DNA of 64,000 nt from Camelus ferus (Eukaryota): positions 49,044,001 to 49,108,000 of the forward strand of contig NC_045696.1 of the NCBI RefSeq assembly GCF_009834535.1. The letters run 5' to 3'. The notes beneath the pieces are model-generated. The model had not been told where the DNA came from and ran no database searches. It saw only the letters and a list, made by a program, of their open reading frames with translations. Shown here piece by piece: positions 38,470 through 52,112 of this stretch. The number at the start of each line of letters is the position of its first letter. The first letter of the stretch is position 1. The translations under genes were made by a program, and so were the position numbers.

Positions 38470-38670
38470 GGTTTTATACTCTATGCTGGTTGAGACATTT
38501 TCATATTAAATTTTCATAGCACCCCTATGATATTCGTATCTCATCCTCATTTCACAGATGGTTAAACTGGAGTTCATAGAAGTTAAATAATTTGCCCCAG
38601 GTTACAGAGCTGTGAATGATGGGGCTGGATTCAAAACCATATCTGCTTAAACCAAAAGTGTCCTTTCTAC
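38470..38670 (-). mobile_element. MIR SINE
   Basis: cctcatttcacagatggttaaactg...aagttaaataatttgccccaggttacagagc. Confidence 0.85.
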
Positions 38671-39082
38671 TAACATACCATACTAATATATATCATACTA
38701 ATAGCCGAATAACCTGGGTGGTGAGTGAGAGGGTATGTGAAGGAACAGTGGTGCCGGTTGAGGAGAGACTTGAGGGTCAAAAATGTGGACAATTTACTCC
38801 CAGACCCAGAGAGACTAGAGTAGGACTGTATAGTACCTACTACTGAGAAGGTTGAGAGAGGCTGGAAGAGATTTTACCTTCAAAATAAGAGTAAGGTAGC
38901 AGTCAAATTAATCAGGTTGATGAATTGTTCTACAAAGACCTTGGGTGTATAAGGGAGGTTTTTGTGATTCTTTGGATTCAAGGACCTATTACTCCAAACC
39001 TAACCTGAAATTTTTTAATAATGAAGTCTGTTACTTATAGATTTTTTTTTTTTACTCTTTTTTCCTTCCCTCAATCTCACAG

Positions 39083-39214
39083 CTCTTATTTCTCATAGTT
39101 GTCAGTGTATGAATGTAGAAGTTCCTCTCCCCTCTACTAATGTCTCTCCCAACCTAGGAGGGGGTTATAAGCCAGATAGCAAGTTTATTAAAAGCACAGG
39201 CTATGTAAAGCTTA
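39083..39214 (+). pseudogene. Plus chain exon (LLFLIVVSV*M*KFL...)
   Basis: Long pyrimidine tract then cacag; tta|gtaaaa donor; 132 nt, phase 0 to 0. Confidence 0.5.
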
Positions 39215-39330
39215 GTAAAAAATATGTGCTACATAAGGGTAAATTAGTTTTGAGAGAGGGCCTGAGAAGGCCTATTACAAATGCGGAGCAAGAGTTTTTG
39301 TTTATGTTATCTATTTTGGTTTATTTTTAG

Positions 39331-39383
39331 TTTCAAGCTATGCTGGGGTGGGTGAGGTTGCTGGTTAACTAAATTCCAGATAG
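39331..39383 (+). pseudogene. Plus chain exon (FQAMLGWVRLLVN*IPD)
   Basis: tttatttttag acceptor; tag|gtaagg donor. Confidence 0.6.
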
Positions 39384-40470
39384 GTAAGGTGTTACTGTAC
39401 AGAAGCAGAAAAATAAAATTCTTAAACATAATTTATTTAAATATTATTTAATTAACCTTTAGTAAATGTTAAATGAGTGAAATTAAACTAAAACTTTTTC
39501 AATTCTAATTTCTTTTTGGCCTATATATTTGTTCATCATTTGGAAGGTAAAGATATTTTTAACTAAATTCAAACAAAATGCATTTCTTTTGGGCAACTGC
39601 TAACAGCATCAGTGGATCTTTGAGCTGAGCCTGGAGCTCACTGGTTTGAAATTGGGTTAAAATGGTGGTATCATAATTTATAACAAGAGAATAGACTCAG
39701 AATGAGGCGTAAAAAAGCTCAGAAGAAATACATTAAACTTTAGGGCCACATATCTTGCTGTAACTATTGAGAAAACTAACTGCATTCTATTTGTCCATAC
39801 GTACTCTCTTTCTCCGTAACATAGACTATCATCAGACTGTTGATGAAAAGTCCACTGGCCTAAGCTATTAATGTCTTTGGGAAAGCTTATAGGAGACATA
39901 TTTCTGTAACATTTGGGTTTTATATAATGAACATGTATTATTCTTGTGTTCAGAAAAAAAAGATAAAATTGTTATAAAAAAACTAAGGAAAAATTTATAC
40001 AGAATTTGTTAGGCATTCAAATTATACTGGAATGAAGTTGAAGTTCTATTAATCCAGAAAGCATGTAACAAACTGACTCTTGAAGCAAGCAGCCTTTGTC
40101 GCAAGCGCTAGCTCTGAACTACTGTGAGGGCTCCAGCAAATCAATCCAAGTGCCTGCTGTATTTTTCTACATATTAAAATACCTTAAGAAGACCCAGGGC
40201 TGGCTTGCAAAGAATAGGAAAAAAAAAAAAAAAGGACATAAAAAAGACCATCCTTGCCCTGTGGAGGACACAAGAAAGGCAGAGTGTACAACCCCACCAA
40301 CACCTTCTCGGTGAAAGCTTGCATCTGAAGACTGGAGCTCAGAAGCAATGGACGCCTTGGGCTTTCCTGTTGTCCTGTCTCATGCCTCAGACTGTTCCCC
40401 GGAATGCTGACACATCATCAGATTCTTGCATCAAAACTCTAACGTAGGCAGCAGTTGACTTTATTTTCAG

Positions 40471-40709
40471 GACCATCATCACCAACAAAAGAAATGTTAA
40501 CTTGCTTAGTTATCTTTTTTCTAGCTCCTCCAGAATATGAAGGAAATAAAATCAAGATTGAGGCTTTTTTTTCTGTTTTTCATAGAACAAATCTATATAA
40601 TTTATAAACAAAATTGTCAGTTGCTTTTAACTCATATTTAGATAAAAACAGTTGTTTGAGGTGGTGGCTGCTTTTTTTTTAAAAAAATTACATCTGTAAC
40701 ACATTCAAG
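40471..40709 (+). pseudogene. Plus chain exon (...KIKIEAFFSVF...YLDKNSCLRWWLLFF*KNYICNTFK); alternative acceptor at 40525
   Basis: ctttattttcag or tcttttttctag acceptor; aag|gtaatc donor. Confidence 0.5.
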
Positions 40710-41148
40710 GTAATCTTGAATTCCAAGTTTGATTCAGTAATCAGGGGAAAATTGTTTCAGTTGAAATTCTAAAGAATAGTATGAGTAAATGTTACTGTTT
40801 TTTTTTCTCCTTTGAATATGTGTTGTATTTAAATTTGAAGTTGAAATTTGGGGCACCTCATATACGAAGTGATAGAAATTATATTGTAATCAACATATTT
40901 AAGTTTGTGTTTCCTAACTATGCAGTTATGTTTACCTGTAGAAGATACAGTAGAAGGCCTCCTAAGAAGTTATAAGTAAATTTAACCTTGAAAAATGAAT
41001 TGTTTCTTCAACTATGCTATGTCCTCTTGTTGATGTTTATAGAGTTCATGTAAGAATTGCTAGGGAATGTGCTGGAGAATCTAAGGAAATGTTGTTTAAA
41101 AAAATAACCTTAACATTTAACATCATCTATGTTATATTGATTTTTTAG

Positions 41149-41315
41149 CTGAAATTTCATAAAGCCAAATTGCCTGTACACATTTTCCAGTGTGTAATAT
41201 TTGAAAATAATTATCCCCCTGGAAAGAATGATAAATGAATTTTCCTATAATTCACCCTGGCCATAGCCACTTAGTCTGGCTGCACTAGCATGAATGTTGG
41301 TACAGGGACCAGGAG
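41149..41315 (+). pseudogene. Plus chain exon (LKFHKAKLPVHIFQC...GTGTR)
   Basis: gattttttag acceptor; gag|gtgggt donor; phase 0 to 2. Confidence 0.5.
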
Positions 41316-41739
41316 GTGGGTACTAATCAAACCACAGCAACCATAACAACAGGTGGGAGCAGGCATAGGACTCCCAGAATTAGATTCTTTCCTTCACGTG
41401 GGCAGAACAAATAACTGCTCTAAAGTTTGATATAAAATCATGGAATGGTACAGCTTCTGGTAAATCTGAAGAGCAAAGAGATGAATGCAGCAGAATAATT
41501 ACTTAATTCGTTACTTAATTGCTCCTCCCCACACCCTCTGTTTTCCTATTCACCATCTGGCTACTTGGACCACGCTATGGAAGGGCCTTCACTGCTTCGT
41601 GGTTGCCAACAGTGGAGTTACCAAAAATCTCAAACACATGTTTTGAAGATCAAAAGTCTTGAGCCAGCTGCGAGGCAGAAAATCTTGAAAAGGTGTATCA
41701 TCAGGTATGTGCTTTCTCAGCCCTTCTACAACCCATCCA

Positions 41740-42530
41740 CAAGTCCTCTTTGACTTTCGGTTTTGCTCTCAGTATCTCCCTGCACCAGTCTTCATCGTCC
41801 TCCAGTGGTGCTCCGTGCTTAGTATGAGGCCTTGAGGTACAGGAAGGGCTTTTCCCAGTGTTCCTGTTCTACCCTCAGCTTTCATCAGTCCCTGCACGCC
41901 TGCACCTCAGAGGCCATTTCTCTCCAAGTGCTTGCCCCGCCTCTGCAGTAGATGGCTGTTGCTTGTTATTTGGTGCCAGGCTCCTGCTGGAGACTGAGGG
42001 GTGGTTCTTGATTCTTCTAGTCCAGCCCTAGAGTTTGGCAAAGTCTGTACACCTGGGACTTGAGGATGGGGCCTTCTCAGTGTTCCTGCCTCTATCCCCA
42101 TGGCAACCAGAGTTTCTACTGTTTCTGAGGCTCCAAGAGTGGCTCTATCTGGTCTTCTGCCCTGACCCCAATCTTTCTTGTGAGCATCCAGGGTAAGCCC
42201 ATGGTGGAGAGTTTGCAAAAGACTGTGAACTCCCCTTGTGTACAGTTATCCTAAACTGATATGCTAGCCTACACATGGCCTCTAGGAATTCATTGACATT
42301 TTAGCTGATTTCTTCTTGCCTGCTTTCCTGAAGGCAGGAAGTTGCCTTCTTCTTGCTCTGCTGAAGTTATTAAAAAAGTTCATATGTCCTGTCCCTCCTC
42401 AAAAGGACTCATCACTCTTTGGGATTCAAAGTTCTCTTAGCTGCCCTGCAACTTCAGTTCTCTGATGGTTTAAGAAAAGATAGTCTCTTTTAGACTATGT
42501 GGATTTTTCCTGTTGTTAGTATAGGAGCAA
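41740..42530 (-). mobile_element. Ancient L1M 5' region remnant
   Basis: Resembles antisense old L1 5' ends (recall only). Confidence 0.45.
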
Positions 42531-42531
42531 C

Positions 42532-42532
<1 letters not shown>

Positions 42533-42564
<32 letters not shown>
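42533..42564. repeat. (TG)16 microsatellite
   Basis: Direct reading. Confidence 0.95.
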
Positions 42565-42565
<1 letters not shown>

Positions 42566-42855
42566 CTTTCTGTGTCCTAAACAAAAGTAGAATTGTCTAA
42601 AACAAAACACCCTTAAAAATTCCTTAAACTTTAAAAAAATCATAATAGTCTCAGTGAATTGAAAGAAAATGAGAACCAACAGTGCTTCTGCCTGCAGCAG
42701 TTTCTCTGGCTTCCTCCTCCAAGGGTTGAGAAAAAAGATTATTATTGCCTTAGGCCAAAGATCTGCCTGGTGAGCTCAGAAAAATGGAATGGGATGGATT
42801 CCCTAAAACTTCTCACATTTGGGTCTGCAGAACTCAGGGTCCTGATCACGCAGGG

Positions 42856-43212
42856 TAATGAACTGAATGTTTATGCTGCCCTAAAATTCATACGTTGAAG
42901 CCTTGCCCCTCAGTAGGATCATTTTTGCAGATGGGGCTTTTAGGGCCCTCTTGGTGAAATTAGTGCCCTTACAAGAAGACACATCAGAGAAGCTTGCTGT
43001 ACCCCCCAACTTCAAGCACGCAAAGAGGAGGGAATGTGAGCCCACAGCAAGATGGTAACCACCTACAAGCCAAGAGAAGAGGCTTCAGAATGAAGTCTAC
43101 CTTGCCTGCACCTTGATCTTGGACTTTCTAGCCTCTAGAATTGTGAAAAATACATGTCTGTGTCTCAGCCACATAGTCTCTAGTATTTTATTATAGGAAC
43201 CTGAGCTTAGAC
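42856..43212 (+). mobile_element. MaLR solo LTR (MLT1A/B-like)
   Basis: ctgaatgtttatg...aaaattcatacgttgaagcc...caccttgatcttggactttctagcctctagaa. Confidence 0.9.
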
Positions 43213-43574
43213 ATCCTGTATCGAGCAGTCGAGAATTATCCAAGGGAAATTTCTTAGACCAGTGAAAACTGTTATGGTTTGTCACTGGAGTGTGGGAAAC
43301 TCTAACCCAGAGAGGTTTTAGTTTTGGAGTGGCTTTTTGTATAGCCTCAGCACAGGCTTGTGGGGGTGAACCAAGCCATTTGAAGAGTTACAAATAACGG
43401 ACCTGTGTGACTTGAAGATCCAAAGTCACCCCTGTGGGACAGACAACAAAGAGGGCAGTAACATCTTCAAGAGGCTCAGAATAAAACACCCATAGTTTTC
43501 CAGACAGCACCCTAGTAAGGACTTCCCTTTCCTGTGTCTCTCCTTTGCATATCCGAGGTCCTTCCTTTAAATTT

Positions 43575-44100
43575 AATTCATTCATTTAACAAATATTTAT
43601 TGAGTGCTACCATATGCCAAGCACTGCCCTGGAATGTTGGACTATATCAGAACACAAAACAGACAAAGATCCCTACATCTAATGTAGAGTTTTCATTCTA
43701 GCAGTGGGAGACAGAATTAAACAATATATGAGATAAATAAGTAAATGATACAGAATAAGGAAATGTGTAGGTGCTACAGAAAAAAAAAAAAAGGAAAAGG
43801 AAAGGGAGTCAGAAGTGGTGAGGGTGGTTGGGTGGCAAGTTACAATTTTAAGTACGGTAATTAGCTTAGACTCCAGTGCACAGGTGACATTGGAGCAAAG
43901 AATTGGAGGAGGTAAGGGAGCTGGCCATGCAGATAACTGGGGAAAGAATGTTCCCGGCAGAGGGAGCAGCCCACAGAAAGGCCTGGGTGGGAATGTGCTC
44001 ACTGTGTTCCAAGAACATTGCAAAGACCAGCAAAGAGGAGAGTCGTAGGAGTGGATATTATTAGGGAGGCAAGGGACAGAAGTGGCAGATCATGTAAATA
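43575..44100 (-). mobile_element. L2 LINE 3' part
   Basis: attcattcatttaacaaatatttattgagtgctaccatatgccaagcactg. Confidence 0.9.
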
Positions 44101-44667
44101 CATGTAGCAAGGCTTATCCGGACATGTTGTTTCTAATCTCCATGCTGAATGCCCCTCCTGTTGGTGAATGATCCCTCTGTTCTTGTATCTAACTTTTTAA
44201 ATAAAGGAGATGCTTACAATGTTCATGCTGAGAGTCACCAGACAGGGATTGATTGGAGAGAGGCAGGCAATAGTTTCAGTCCCAGATTAGTAATACAGCA
44301 GTTAATAGAACACCTGTTACCAGATAATTGAAAAAGGTCACAGTCTAGAAACCCTAAAATAAAGGCAGATCAGTGAACTGGGTTCCTAACTGTGTAGAAA
44401 TACATCAAGATCATAAACAAATAAAGAAATACAGATGATCAATAAGCAAAATGAGAAAAAAGAAAATTCAACCTCATTAGCAATCACCAAGATATAATTT
44501 TCTACTATCAATATAGATTATTTCTATATTTCTATAATAGTTTGATATACAAGTTCAACATACTATTATCTAGTGTTACCAAAGGCAGGGAAATAGAAAT
44601 TTTCCTATTATGTAATTGGGAGCATACGTAGGTTACAACTTTACTGGAAGGCAACTTGGCAATACAT

Positions 44668-45370
44668 CAGCAGCTTCCTTAACTAGCTTCTTCTCAACCA
44701 GTTTTCTGAGCTAAACACCACCCATCATGCGCTCTACAAAGCACACTGTCTAGTATTATGCACACACCAAGTGCTTGAAGCTAGGGGGCTTCTCTCAAAT
44801 TCACCTAAGTGCTGCCGCTTTCTCGATGTTTGGTAACCAAAGGGGTTTATCAAGAGTGTCTATCAAGTGTTTTCTATAAACTTACCATTTTACTTCTATT
44901 CATTATTATAATTGTGATTTAATAAATATTATATAGTGTGATGAAATAAAAGTCGTTTGTTTTTTTCAATGGAAACCAAGTGCTTTGAAAAGACTCAATG
45001 AATATAATTTTTTTTAAAGAAAAAGAAAATTGCTGTCAAATTAGATAAGGGTGAGTCAAATGCAGAAGAAATTGTAGAATTTTTGAAAAGCTGCTTTTCC
45101 AATGTTTTAAGTTCTCTCTCCATTTTAAGCACAGTGAAACTAAAATCTTAAATAAAATATAATTCTAGTTGTGATTTATGAAATAAAAGGGATTCAGAAA
45201 TTCAATCAATAGAATGTACTAAAAGCAGAAAATAAAACATACAAAACTTTGGCCCAACAATTAAAATATTGGCAAGTGAAGGTACATAAATCAAATAAAA
45301 TAAGTAAGGTATTTTGTATCATTTAAATATATTTTCTGCTTTAAACAACTTCTTTCACTTAACCTATCAC
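44668..45370 (+). mobile_element. Probable old non-autonomous Tigger-type element
   Basis: Degenerate CENP-B/HTH-like stretch aaaattgctgtcaaattagataagggtgag; ttaac-containing termini. Confidence 0.4.
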
Positions 45371-45429
45371 TTATATTGTGATATGCATCACATACTTCAA
45401 ATGTATAGGTCAAAAACCTTAAAGCCATA

Positions 45430-45800
45430 TGGTCACATTAAACAGTCTAATAATAAGAAAACATCAGACAAATACAAACTCAGGGACATTTTACAAAATA
45501 GTTAAATGGTACTTCTTGAAGTGTTAAGGTCATGAAAAACAATTTGGAAGAAACTGAGGAGACGTGATAACTAAATGCAACATAGTTATATGGATTGGAA
45601 CATGGAACAGAAAAAAAACTGTTAATGCGATAACTCAGCTTAGTATTTACCAGTGTTAATTTCTTCGTATTGGTAAATGTGTCATGGTTATGTAAGACGT
45701 ACATTAGGGGAAGCTGGTTGAAGTGTATGTAGGAATTTTCTGTACTATCTTTGCCACTGCTCTGCAAATCTAAAATTATTCAAAATAAATTTTTTTAACT
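45430..45800 (+). mobile_element. L1MC-type 3' end
   Basis: aacatcagacaaatacaaactcagggacattttacaaaata...tctaaaattattcaaaataaa. Confidence 0.75.
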
Positions 45801-46494
45801 ATATGGGAAAAATCCCCCTCACCCAGTTCCAGAAATTCTACTGCTGATAATTATTCTAAGGAAAATAGTTTAAGATGTATGCAAAGATTTAGCTGTAAGA
45901 AGTTAATTGGAAATAAATGAACAAAATTGGTGATTGGTTAAATACAATTAAGCATTACAATCAATGGCATAATTCACAGATATTAAAATAATATTTTAGA
46001 GGTATTTTTAATTATATGAAAAAATCTTTATAATATTAAGTGAAAAAAGATATGAAAGTAGACTGTAGAGTGCGAATCCATTTGTAGGTGTGATTATGTA
46101 TACACTCCCACAGAAATGTACAAGCATGCACGTGCACACACACACACACACACGCACACACACACACACACAAGCATACACAGAAAAAATCTTTGGAGGG
46201 CCAAAGATTCTAATGGGGTAATTGCTAGATTTGGGGATCAATGTTCCTTTATTTCCCCTAATTTAAGAATGTATCGCATTTTATGATTTAACTGTGCCCG
46301 ATAAACTTCAATCTTTTTCTTTCTTCCTTTTTTTAATGCCCCTTAAGGAGGGGAACTTTCTATTTTTTATTTCTCTTCTTCCTCTCTCTCCCCTCTTCCT
46401 TCATCTCTTCCTCTCCCCATCTCTTGCCCTTTCTTCCTTCCTTCCCTCCTTTTCTTCTTTCCTTTTTAAGAGGAACTACTGATATTTTCAGTAT

Positions 46495-49400
46495 CTTTTT
46501 TTAAACATATTTTTTATTGAGTTATAGTCATTTTACAATGTTGTGTCAAATTCCAGTGTAGAGCACAATTTTTCACTTATACATGAACATGCATACATTC
46601 ATTGTCACAGTCTCTTTTGCTGTGAGCCACCACAAGATCCTGTACATATTTCCCTGTGCTACACAGTACAATCTTGTTTATCTATTCTACATTTTGAAAT
46701 CCAAGTCTGTTCCTTCCAACCCCCCATCCCACTGGCAACCACAAGTTTGTATTCTATGTCTATGAGTCTGTTTCTGTTTTGTATTTATGTTTTGTTTTGT
46801 ATTTATGTTTTGTTTTGTTTTGTTTTTTTTAGATTCCACATATGAGCGCTCTCATATGGTATTTTTCTTTCTCTTTCTGGCTTACTTCACTTAGAATGAC
46901 ATTCTCCAGGAACATCCATGTTGCTGCAAATGGCATTATGTTGTCAGTTTTTATGGCTGAATAGTATTCCATTGTATAAATATACAGCTTCTTTTTTATC
47001 CAGTCATCTGTTGATGGACATTTAGGCTGTTTCCATGTCTTGGCTATTGTAAATAGTGCTGCTATGAACATTGGGGACCAGGTGTCATTTTGAAGTAAGG
47101 TTCCTTCTGGATATGTGCCCAGGATTGGGATTCCTGGGTCATATGGTAAGTTTATTCCTAGTCTTTTGAGGAATCTCCACACAGTTTTCCACAGTGGCTA
47201 CACCAAACTGCATTCCCACCAGCAGTGTAAGAGGCTTCTCTTTTCTCCACAGCCTCTCCAGCATTTGTCATTTGTGGACTTTTGAATGATGGCCATTCTG
47301 ACTGGTGTGAGGTGATACCTCATTGTAGTTTTGATTTGCATTTCTCTGATAATTAGTGATATTGAGCATTTTTTCATGTGCCTATTGATCATTTGTATTT
47401 CTTCCTTGGAGAATTGCTTGTTTAGGTCGTCTGCCCATTTTTGGATTGGGTTGTTTGTTTTTTTCTTATTAAGTCATATGAGCTGCTTATATATTCTGGA
47501 GATCAAGCTTTTGTCGGTTTCATTTGCAAAAATTTTCTCCCATTCTGTAAGTTGTCATTTTGTTTTACTTATGGTTTCCTTTGCTGTGCAGAAGCTTGTA
47601 AGTTTCATTAGGTCCCATTTGTTTATTCTTGCTTTTATTTCTATTGCTTGGGTAGACTATTCTAGGAGAACATTTTTGAGATGTATGTCAGATAATGTTT
47701 TGCCTATATTTTTTTCTAGGAGGTTTATTGTATCTTGTTTTATGTTTAAGTCTTTGATCCATTTTGAGTTGATTTTTGTGTATGGTGTGAGGGAGTGTTC
47801 TAGCTTCATTGATTTACATGCTGCTGTCCAGTATTCCCAACACCATTTGCTGAAGAGACTGTCTTTATTCCATTGTATATTCTTGCCTCTTTTGTTGAAG
47901 GTTAGTTGACCAAAAGTTTGTGGGTTCATTTCTGGGTTCTCTATTCTGTTCCATTGGTCCATATGTCTGTTTTTGTACCAATACCACCACGCTGTCTTGA
48001 TGACTGTAGCTCTGTAGTATTGTCTGAAATCTGGGAAAGTTATTCCTCCAGCCTCTTTCTTTTCCTTCAGTAATGCTTTGGCAATTCTAGGTCTTTTGTA
48101 GTTCCATATAAATTTTATTATAATTTGTTCTAAACCCATGCTAAAAGAAATATTGACAGGTCTACTCTAAATAGAAAAGAAGCAGGATGCTACAAAAATG
48201 AGAAACTCATAACTGGAAAGATGATAACTACCATGAATTAAAAATAGAATAAACACAAAGTTGTAAAAGAAGACATCTAAATCATTAAGAGTGGGAGAGG
48301 GAAGCAAGAAAATATAGAATTTTTTTTCTTTCTTCTTTTTAAAAAATTTTTTTGTCTCAGTAGGATGGGTTTGAGATTATATTACTATCTGTTTAGTACA
48401 AACAGTTATAGTAATAGGTTAACAGACTTACAAAAAAGGGTAACCACAAGCCAAAAACTTACAAGTGAGTCACAAAAACTAAATAAAATCCAAGATAATA
48501 CAAAGGAAAATTACCAAACCACAAAAGGAAGAAGACAGAAACAAAGAGGAAATACCAAATGAACTGCAAAAATAAGTTCAAAATGGCAATAAACACTTAC
48601 CTTTCATTAATTACTGTAAATGTTAATGGAGTAAATGCTCCAGTCAAAAGATGTAGAGTGGCAGACTGGATAATAAAGCAAGAACCTTCAATATGCTGCA
48701 TACAAGAGACCCACTTTAGGGAGAAGGACACATATAGATTGAGAGTGAAAGGATGGAAAAGGATATTCCATGCAAATGGAAAAGCCAGAAAAGCAGGTGT
48801 AGCAGTACTGATTTCAGACAAAATAGAGTTTAAAACAAGGGCCATAAAGAAAGATAAAGAAGGACATTTTATAATGATCAAAGGAGTAATACAAGATGAG
48901 GATATGACACTCATTAATATATATGCACCCAACATAGGAGCACCTAAGTACATAAAACAACTACTAACAGAGATAAAGGGGGAAATTGATGGGAATACAA
49001 TCATTGTCCGTTATTTTAACACCATATTAACATCACTAGACAGATCTTCCAGACAAAAAATAAATAAGGCAACAGAGAAATTAAATGATACAATAGAAAA
49101 TTTAGATTTGATGGATATTTTCAGAGCATTACACCCCCCAAAAATAGGATATACATTCTTTTCAAGTGCACATGGAACATTTTCTAGGATTGATCATGTA
49201 CTTGGGCACGAAAGAAGCCTCAACAATTTTAAGAAGATAGAAATTATCTCAAGCATCTTTACTGACCACAATGCCATGAAACTAGAAATCAACTACAGAG
49301 AAACAAAGGAGAAAAAAGGAAAGCATGTAGATTAAACAACATGCTATTAAAAAAACCAATGGGTTGATGATGAAATCAAAGTTGAAATTTAAAAATGCCT

Positions 49401-50024
49401 TGAGACAAATGAAAATGAAAACACAACCACAAAAAAGTTATGGGACACAGCAAAGGCAGTGCTATGAGGGAAGTTTATAGCAATACAGGCCTTCCTCAAA
49501 AAAGAAGAACAATCTCAAATAAACAATCTAAACCACCAGATAAAAGAACTAGAAAAAGAGAGCCAAAACACCCAAAAGTCAGCAGAAGGAAGGAAATAAT
49601 AAAGATCAGGGAGGAAATAAATAAAATAGAGATTAAAAAAATAGAAAAAAAAAAACAATCAAACCAAATCTGGTTTTTTGAAAGAGTAAATAAAATTGAC
49701 AAACCTCTGGCCAAACTCACAAAGAAGAAAAAAGAGAGCACAAATAAGCAAAATAAGAAAGGAAAATGGAGAAATTACAACAAATAACATAGAAATACAG
49801 ACTATCATATGAGAATATTATGAAAAACTATATGGAACCAAAATGGATAACCTAAAGGAGATGGACAAGTTTCTGGAAACATACAGTCCACCAAGACTGA
49901 ATCAAGAAGAAACTGACCACTTGAACAAACTGATCACTAGAAATGAAATCAAATTAGCAATAAAAAACCTCCCTACAAATAAAAGTCCAGGACCAGATGG
50001 CTTCACTGGGGAATTCTACCAAAC
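46495..50024 (-). mobile_element. Young L1 with a 5' inversion/deletion (twin priming)
   Basis: 13-bp TSD atattttcagtat at 46482-46494 and 50025-50037; minus-strand ORF2 C-terminus and 3'UTR (46495-48132); plus-strand ORF1 end, spacer and ORF2 endonuclease to SPGPDGFTGEFYQT (48130-50024). Confidence 0.95.
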
Positions 50025-50308
50025 ATATTTTCAGTATATTTGGTATTTCTTGAGGGAACTATATTTCCATAAGATTAGTAGCTTCCTGAGGTATAAGAGT
50101 ACAGGAGCTCAAACTAGTTTGCCCTAAGATCCAAGATTATTGGAATCTGTTAGAATAGACTAAGATAACCCCAATAGAAGCCCAGTAACAAGGAAAGGCC
50201 AAAAAGCCATAGAAATAAAGCCACCACAGGGGCAGTAAACGCTAGGGACAAATGGCGTGGCTGACAGAAGAGAGGTTCTTCTCCCATCCCAAATCAGTTT
50301 TTCCACAG

Positions 50309-50633
50309 GCAGGCTATGTCTTCCTGAAGTAATTATGTGAATGAATCTAAAAGCTAGAATATAAGGACCTCATGGTAATTTTGCTATGAAACACCACTTT
50401 CCTAGTAGAATGCTGAGGAAGGTATTGGGGAGTAAGATGATCCTTCTCTGAAATCTTGAAGAACCAGCAGACAATGATCTGCACTGGCTGATGCAAAAGC
50501 TACTAGAGCATAAAGTTTATCCGAAGCTTCATCTTCTTGGACACCAGCCATTCTTAATGATTACCGAACTTGTAGATGCCTCCAACTTTGGCGGCAACAC
50601 CAGCCACAAGTCTGTAGCACAGTGTTGGAGGAG
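50309..50633 (+). pseudogene. Plus chain exon with about 4 repeats (QAMSS*SNYV; FAMKHHFPSRMLRKVL; SLSEASSSW; CRCLQLWRQH)
   Basis: gtttttccacag acceptor; gag|gtgata donor; frameshifts between the repeats. Confidence 0.6.
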
Positions 50634-50697
50634 GTGATAGCTTTTTACCAAGCAACCAGCAGCTGCTGGCAGTTTGGAAGTCCACCAGCTCCAGGGG

Positions 50698-50889
50698 TAG
50701 CGTTGCCAGATTTGGCAAACTAAAATTTAGGTCTCCCAGTTAAATCTGAATTTCAGATAAACAACAAATAATATTTTAGTAAAAGTTTGTACCAAATGTT
50801 GCATGGGGCCTACTTCTACTAAAAGAAAATTATTGCTTATCTGCAATTCACATTTAATTGGAAATCCTATATTTTATCTGGCAATCGCA
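50698..50889. mobile_element. MER53 palindromic hAT MITE
   Basis: tagcgttgccagat ... atctggcaatcgca termini; internally self-complementary. Confidence 0.85.
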
Positions 50890-51003
50890 CCAAGGTGATG
50901 AGTCCAAATCCCCACTGTAACAAGATAAGCATATATTACTTCTCATTTTTCTAACTTGAAATGTTACTAAATAAAATAATATAATGGGAAACATTTTTGT
51001 CAG

Positions 51004-51050
51004 ACCTTGTAGCAGCTCTAATGCCTCAGCAGGCTGATATTACAAAGAAG
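51004..51050 (+). pseudogene. Plus chain exon (47 nt)
   Basis: catttttgtcag acceptor; aag|gtgagg donor. Confidence 0.55.
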
Positions 51051-52112
51051 GTGAGGGGTGGGGGGAGAAGGCAGCTGGCCTCAGGCACTCTTCTAGTAAA
51101 AAGTGTCCTAATACCTTTGAGCTAGAAGTCCCTAAAAATTTAATTTGAAGAAGAACTTTTAGCCATAGGAATTATGTTAGGCATTGTTTAATTGCAAGAA
51201 ATATAACAGCAATAAAGCTGGCAAGAAGACAAGAACAAGCAAGACTGGCCCTTGGAACATGAAAGGGAATTTGGGAGGGAGATGATCGTCTAGGAAAGAA
51301 ACTGGATTTCTTGCTAACCTGCTGTCTAAGTGGGTAAAGTCAAATATAATACTTGGAAACTTGGTTCACTACTGGGGGCAGTTATTCATACCTCAACTGT
51401 AATTTGTGACACCCCAAATTGCATCTGCAAGAATCATTTGTGACTTCTTCATGATGATTAAGAAACAAAAGAAATAAGCCAAGCTTTTTAAGCTAGGAAT
51501 TTAGGTAAGAAGAAAAAAATCAGATAGGTTACTGATGTCAATTAAGGCAAGCAAATCTGGAATTTAAACAACTGTGTCATAATCAACACCCTGCCATAAA
51601 ATATAGAAAAGACTAATTCCAAGGCAGGAATACTTGACCTCTTAATATTTCCTGCCAAAAGGGAAGATGATAAGCAAAATCAGGGCTCCCTGGGGCTGCA
51701 GGTGATTGCAGGGACATTATAATAATTACCCTTGTGTTCCTACTGTCTAGGCCTTTGTTGGCATATAAATCATTCAAACTGCTTGGAAAGAATTGATGTT
51801 AGAACTACAGGCTTAACATACGATAGAAGTTAAACAAAGTTATTAAGCTTTCTTCCGTAACAAAGCATACAGCCCTTTTTGCACTAATCCACTTTGCAAC
51901 CATGAATTTATTTGCAATACAATGAATAACTAAGTGTTTAATAAATGCTTTTTGATGGGAATGAGAATGCTTTGGATGATAATAGAAGGGCCAGAAGGAG
52001 ACTTGAAGGGAAAATTGCTTGCCACCCATATTGAGAATACCAACTTGAAAGAAAAAGTCAGCTGGGCAAATATTTGATTTACTTTACTTGTTTCTATCTG
52101 GTTTTGTCCCAG

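Noticed and set aside
46776..46822. Short tandem duplications here and near 41499, 56916 and 63217
   Set aside because: Ordinary replication-slippage products with no sign of function
47331..49741. Long hydrophobic ORFs (192, 135 and 81 aa) that look like membrane proteins
   Set aside because: Antisense frames of L1 ORF2
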